Shown piece by piece: positions 60,797-64,000 of a DNA stretch of 64,000 nt. Made by a program: the position numbers and the translations under genes. Within the stretch, counting starts at the first letter, position 1; each line of letters starts with the position of its first letter. Under the pieces are notes generated by a model. The model saw nothing but the letters and a program-made list of their open reading frames with translations. It had not been told where the DNA came from and searched no databases. This stretch comes from Pyrodictiaceae archaeon (GTDB lineage Archaea; Thermoproteota; Thermoprotei_A; Sulfolobales; Pyrodictiaceae). The stretch is from the NCBI GenBank assembly GCA_027036135.1, contig JALVSY010000007.1, forward strand, positions 356,880 to 420,879. The letters are read 5' to 3'.

Positions 60797-61105
60797 CTAC
60801 ATGTTACCAGCAGAGGCTTTCCCCGAAAGATCAGAGCTAAGGGCGGCCCCGTGTAGCTTCATCTCTACGTGTCTTAGTCGGCGGGTCAGCTTGAGCTCAC
60901 GTATAGCTATTTCGTAGGCCTTTTCAACGATATCATAGGTAATGGGAACTCCTACTTCATCCTCATAGCGGCGAAGAAGCCAATAAGCCTCAACGATGCT
61001 ATTCCACTCTCTGTAATGCTCCACAAGTATTCTTGCAGCTTTCTGTGGGGCCTCACGGAGACGCGGATCAATGTAGTCTCTCGTACTCTCTTTATTGTCT
61101 CGCAC
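60797..61105 (-). CDS. Hypothetical protein
   Basis: ORF only. Confidence 0.55.
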   Translation of the reverse strand: MRDNKESTRDYIDPRLREAPQKAARILVEHYREWNSIVEAYWLLRRYEDEVGVPITYDIVEKAYEIAIRELKLTRRLRHVEMKLHGAALSSDLSGKASAGNM

Positions 61106-61311
61106 TACCCGATACCCGTAATACTATATAAGTAGTACTACCCTATTTTGGTGTTACAGCTCTTTAACAGTACTACTGGAAACGAATAAGAGGAGTTTAA
61201 CTAAGTGTAGCCTAGGTCTTGTTTGTATTCTAGTTTCAATACTTGTGGGCTTACTTGGGTTGAGTGCCTTAAACTTCTTCTTTGGAGGAGTAGTTACGCT
61301 GGGGTCTCACT

Positions 61312-61734
61312 GTGTCAGCTGTAATGGACTCTATAAATGTGTCAACACATGACGTTGGTATAAGTGCAGAAATTGAACTAGACATACCAGTTGATTTAGA
61401 GATAGTTGTGTATGGCGGCCTAGATCCAGCTACACAAGACCTCATAGATAATGTGCGTGAAGCTGTAGACAAGCTCTATAAGAACTATGGTGTAGAGGCT
61501 GTTTTTGTCCCAAGAATAGTGTATTGGGATGTCTTTGCTCTTGCCCCTATAGCTGATGCCGATATCCCGGTGCTAGTCATAAATGGTAAGGAAGTTATAC
61601 GTGGGCGTAGTGCATCTGTTGAAGAGATTATACGAATAGCTTTATCTATGCTTGGTATAAGGGAACAAGAGAAACCCCTCCCGCTCCTATCTAGGAGGGA
61701 TGGGGAGGTAGCCCAAGCAGCACTTATTGCATAA
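61312..61734 (+). CDS. Thioredoxin-fold-like protein lacking Cys
   Basis: IPVLVINGKEVIRGR; resembles ORF 33135. Confidence 0.5.
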   Translation: MSAVMDSINVSTHDVGISAEIELDIPVDLEIVVYGGLDPATQDLIDNVREAVDKLYKNYGVEAVFVPRIVYWDVFALAPIADADIPVLVINGKEVIRGRSASVEEIIRIALSMLGIREQEKPLPLLSRRDGEVAQAALIA

Positions 61735-62613
61735 AAAGTGCTGTTTCTTGACCTTGCTATACCCTTCTGTGAAGGCTTCTTGGCATCTGCCGAACGAGAC
61801 TTTGTTCTTCTCTAGGCTAAGCAATATACATGCCGTTGCTGCTACGGCTCTAGCTACAGCTTCTCGTATTGTGAGTCCTTTACGGATTCCGTAGAGAATG
61901 AGTGTTGATAACATATCACCTGCTCCTATAGACTTGTTGGATACAGTTCGTGGGGCTATATGGGTGCACTCGTTACCTTTAATAATAATCGATCCATGTT
62001 TCCCCATAGTTAGTACTAGCGGTATTGAGTACTCATGTGCAATACTAATAATGATATCAATTATTAATGAGTTGTAGTCTATGTCCTCTATGCTTAGTTT
62101 GATAACAACATTATCGGTCGCGCGGAGAGTATTCATAATAACGGGGACAAATACAGCGTTGTTAATTATTTTCCCGTCGCTGAGCCTAATTCTTGTAAAC
62201 CCTTGCAGGTCTACAACGCTTAGTACATGCGACGTAATTATCTTTAGCAGGTCGTAGGAGCTTATTTCGAGCTGGAGAGGCGATATAAGCGCATATTCTC
62301 CTAACGTGGTTAGGGGGTATCTTTTAATAGTGTTGAGTAGTCTTAGCTCGCGTCCATCGTTTCTAGTGGTTATATTGAATAAAAAAGTATAGCCATCTAT
62401 GTGGATGGGATCCATACTTAAAGGATCGAGATATTTTGAAACTAATTCGGTATTAGCAGGAATGCTTAGGTATACCTTGTACTTGGCCCCGACCATGTAG
62501 AGTGCTAGAGAGGCGTAGTAAGCAGGTCCTCCCTTCACTCTTAAATAATCATCTATAATGTCTATCGTTGGCGCAGAGTACACATCTAGTAAGAAAAAAT
62601 CATTCCTCCCCAT
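61687..62613 (-). CDS. PfkB-family carbohydrate kinase (divergent)
   Basis: GGPAYY, DLQG, LTMGKHGS and SIGAGD. Confidence 0.75.
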   Translation of the reverse strand: MGRNDFFLLDVYSAPTIDIIDDYLRVKGGPAYYASLALYMVGAKYKVYLSIPANTELVSKYLDPLSMDPIHIDGYTFLFNITTRNDGRELRLLNTIKRYPLTTLGEYALISPLQLEISSYDLLKIITSHVLSVVDLQGFTRIRLSDGKIINNAVFVPVIMNTLRATDNVVIKLSIEDIDYNSLIIDIIISIAHEYSIPLVLTMGKHGSIIIKGNECTHIAPRTVSNKSIGAGDMLSTLILYGIRKGLTIREAVARAVAATACILLSLEKNKVSFGRCQEAFTEGYSKVKKQHFLCNKCCLGYLPIPPR

Positions 62614-62860
62614 ACTCCTCTTCGCCTTCCTCTTCAATGGGCTTTGTTGGTACAAAGACTTGGTGTCTCTCAATTCTCTTAGTGTGCGAGAGTATATGTC
62701 TTATCAGGTCCTCAACGCTGAAAAAGTATATTGCATTATCACCTTCGCCACAGATAGGGCATGCTAGCAACTTAGTTTCCTTGTCTCTTTTCACTCTTAG
62801 CCTTATACCATGGCTTTCAACTACCACTTCCTCCCATATAGGTGTCCATTGGAGCGCCAT
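62600..62860 (-). CDS. C2H2 zinc-finger protein
   Basis: ACPICG...FFSVEDLIRHILSH. Confidence 0.7.
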   Translation of the reverse strand: MALQWTPIWEEVVVESHGIRLRVKRDKETKLLACPICGEGDNAIYFFSVEDLIRHILSHTKRIERHQVFVPTKPIEEEGEEEYGEE

Positions 62861-62864
62861 TGCG

Positions 62865-64000
62865 CTACCCTTTCTCTGCAAGTTTTGCCTCAAACTCTGA
62901 GAATATTCTCTCAATGCTGGTTATCCATTGCGGTAGCTTCTCCGGCTCTTCGGGATACTCTAGGTAGGCTTGCTTCGCCTTCTTCATATAATCAGCAACT
63001 ATTTTGAGCTTGGCCAAGAGACTTGGTCTCCTAAGACCTCGTAGAACTATCTTAGCCTTCTCCAATGTACTTATTTTTATCTCGCCGGCCGAGCTAGTGT
63101 ACAGTACATCCTGTTCGGGGATAAGTTTCTTCTCCATACCATATCTTATTTCATCGTTTGATAGTCTTTGAAGGAATCGGCGGAATATGTCAAGTGCTGC
63201 TTGCTTTGCACCGAGTCCTCTCATGTAGTTAGTGTTTAAGCTCCATAGTCCTTTCTCGCTAAAGTCTCCCCTATTATGAGCCTCCTCTATCGCCTTGGCA
63301 GCGTAGTAGGCCGCTCTGAAACCGTACCCCATGCCTCCACCATGTACAGGATTCACGGTATAGCCTGCGTCTCCTATGACTAGAACGCCGGGACCAACAA
63401 GGGTGTTTGAGGGTCTTCGTGTAGGTAATGGCGCGCCAGCAGCCGTTACTACTTTATAGTTCCTTGATAGAAGTGGGTGTTTGGTTAACTTCTCTCTATA
63501 TATTTGCATTGGGTTGGGGTATCCCATGCCGCCCTGTACGCCAAGGCCGACATTTACTCCATGCTTTGACTCAGGGAAGTACCACCAGTATCCCCCGGGA
63601 GCTATTTCTTGGTCAAGATATATTCTTATTACCTCCGGTTCCTCTATTTCGTAGTCTTCATACTCTATAATCTCTCTATAGGCTATGTTCGTGTCCTTCG
63701 GATCTATAGGCTCATATATAAGCCAGTTGTGAGGTAACTTATTTCGAATCGCTCTCGAGAACCCTGTGGCCTCTATGACAACATTCGCGTGGAACTCCTC
63801 TACGCGGTCGCCTATACGGACTCTTATCCCTTTAACACTGTTATTCTTTATTATGGGTTCTAGCACCTTGGCGCCTAAAAATACGTCAACATTGTCTTTA
63901 TCGATAACATCGCTTAGCAGCCATTTACCGAACTTATTCCTATCAATAATATAGCCGTCGCCATATACGCGGTACCTTACCTTTTCACCAGGAGCATATA
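62865..64000 (-). CDS. Digeranylgeranylglycerophospholipid reductase (GGR), 5' end beyond the window
   Basis: APGGYWWYFP, NVGLG and IGDAGYTVNPVHGGG; reading frame open to the window end. Confidence 0.88.
   Translation of the reverse strand, partial: YAPGEKVRYRVYGDGYIIDRNKFGKWLLSDVIDKDNVDVFLGAKVLEPIIKNNSVKGIRVRIGDRVEEFHANVVIEATGFSRAIRNKLPHNWLIYEPIDPKDTNIAYREIIEYEDYEIEEPEVIRIYLDQEIAPGGYWWYFPESKHGVNVGLGVQGGMGYPNPMQIYREKLTKHPLLSRNYKVVTAAGAPLPTRRPSNTLVGPGVLVIGDAGYTVNPVHGGGMGYGFRAAYYAAKAIEEAHNRGDFSEKGLWSLNTNYMRGLGAKQAALDIFRRFLQRLSNDEIRYGMEKKLIPEQDVLYTSSAGEIKISTLEKAKIVLRGLRRPSLLAKLKIVADYMKKAKQAYLEYPEEPEKLPQWITSIERIFSEFEAKLAEKG

Noticed and set aside
1-64000. CRISPR arrays, IS elements, integrases, tRNA/rRNA genes
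   Set aside because: No regularly spaced repeats, transposase or integrase motifs, or cloverleafs seen; tRNA- and rRNA-like snippets are short antisense guides only.

Overview
Core chromosomal segment of a hyperthermophilic crenarchaeote (Desulfurococcales, probably Pyrodictiaceae; inferred from gene content and protein style). It carries housekeeping genes: cysS (partial), herA-mre11-rad50, glnA, apgM, moaA, cyoE, argF, aglB, nadM, alaX, aRF1, NMD3, hxlB, leuS, serS and glyA. It also carries tetraether-lipid genes (tes and two GGR-family reductases), six radical-SAM genes and many lineage-specific small proteins. I saw no CRISPR array, transposase, integrase, rRNA or tRNA. The most notable structures missed by the ORF track are: (i) a whiP initiator gene followed by an AT-rich gap of about 430 bp, a candidate WhiP-type replication origin; (ii) about 13 intergenic box C/D guide RNAs; (iii) two structured RNAs that share an ACA-GC[hairpin]GC-..GGATGA core plus a long 3' antisense to 16S rRNA ending just before a UG, possibly a non-canonical guide class; (iv) an unannotated 50-aa six-cysteine peptide gene; (v) moaA and leuS, whose conserved N-termini lie upstream of any canonical start; and (vi) several genes split by single-base frameshifts at homopolymers. 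All family assignments and rRNA complementarities come from motif recognition and memory, not from searches.
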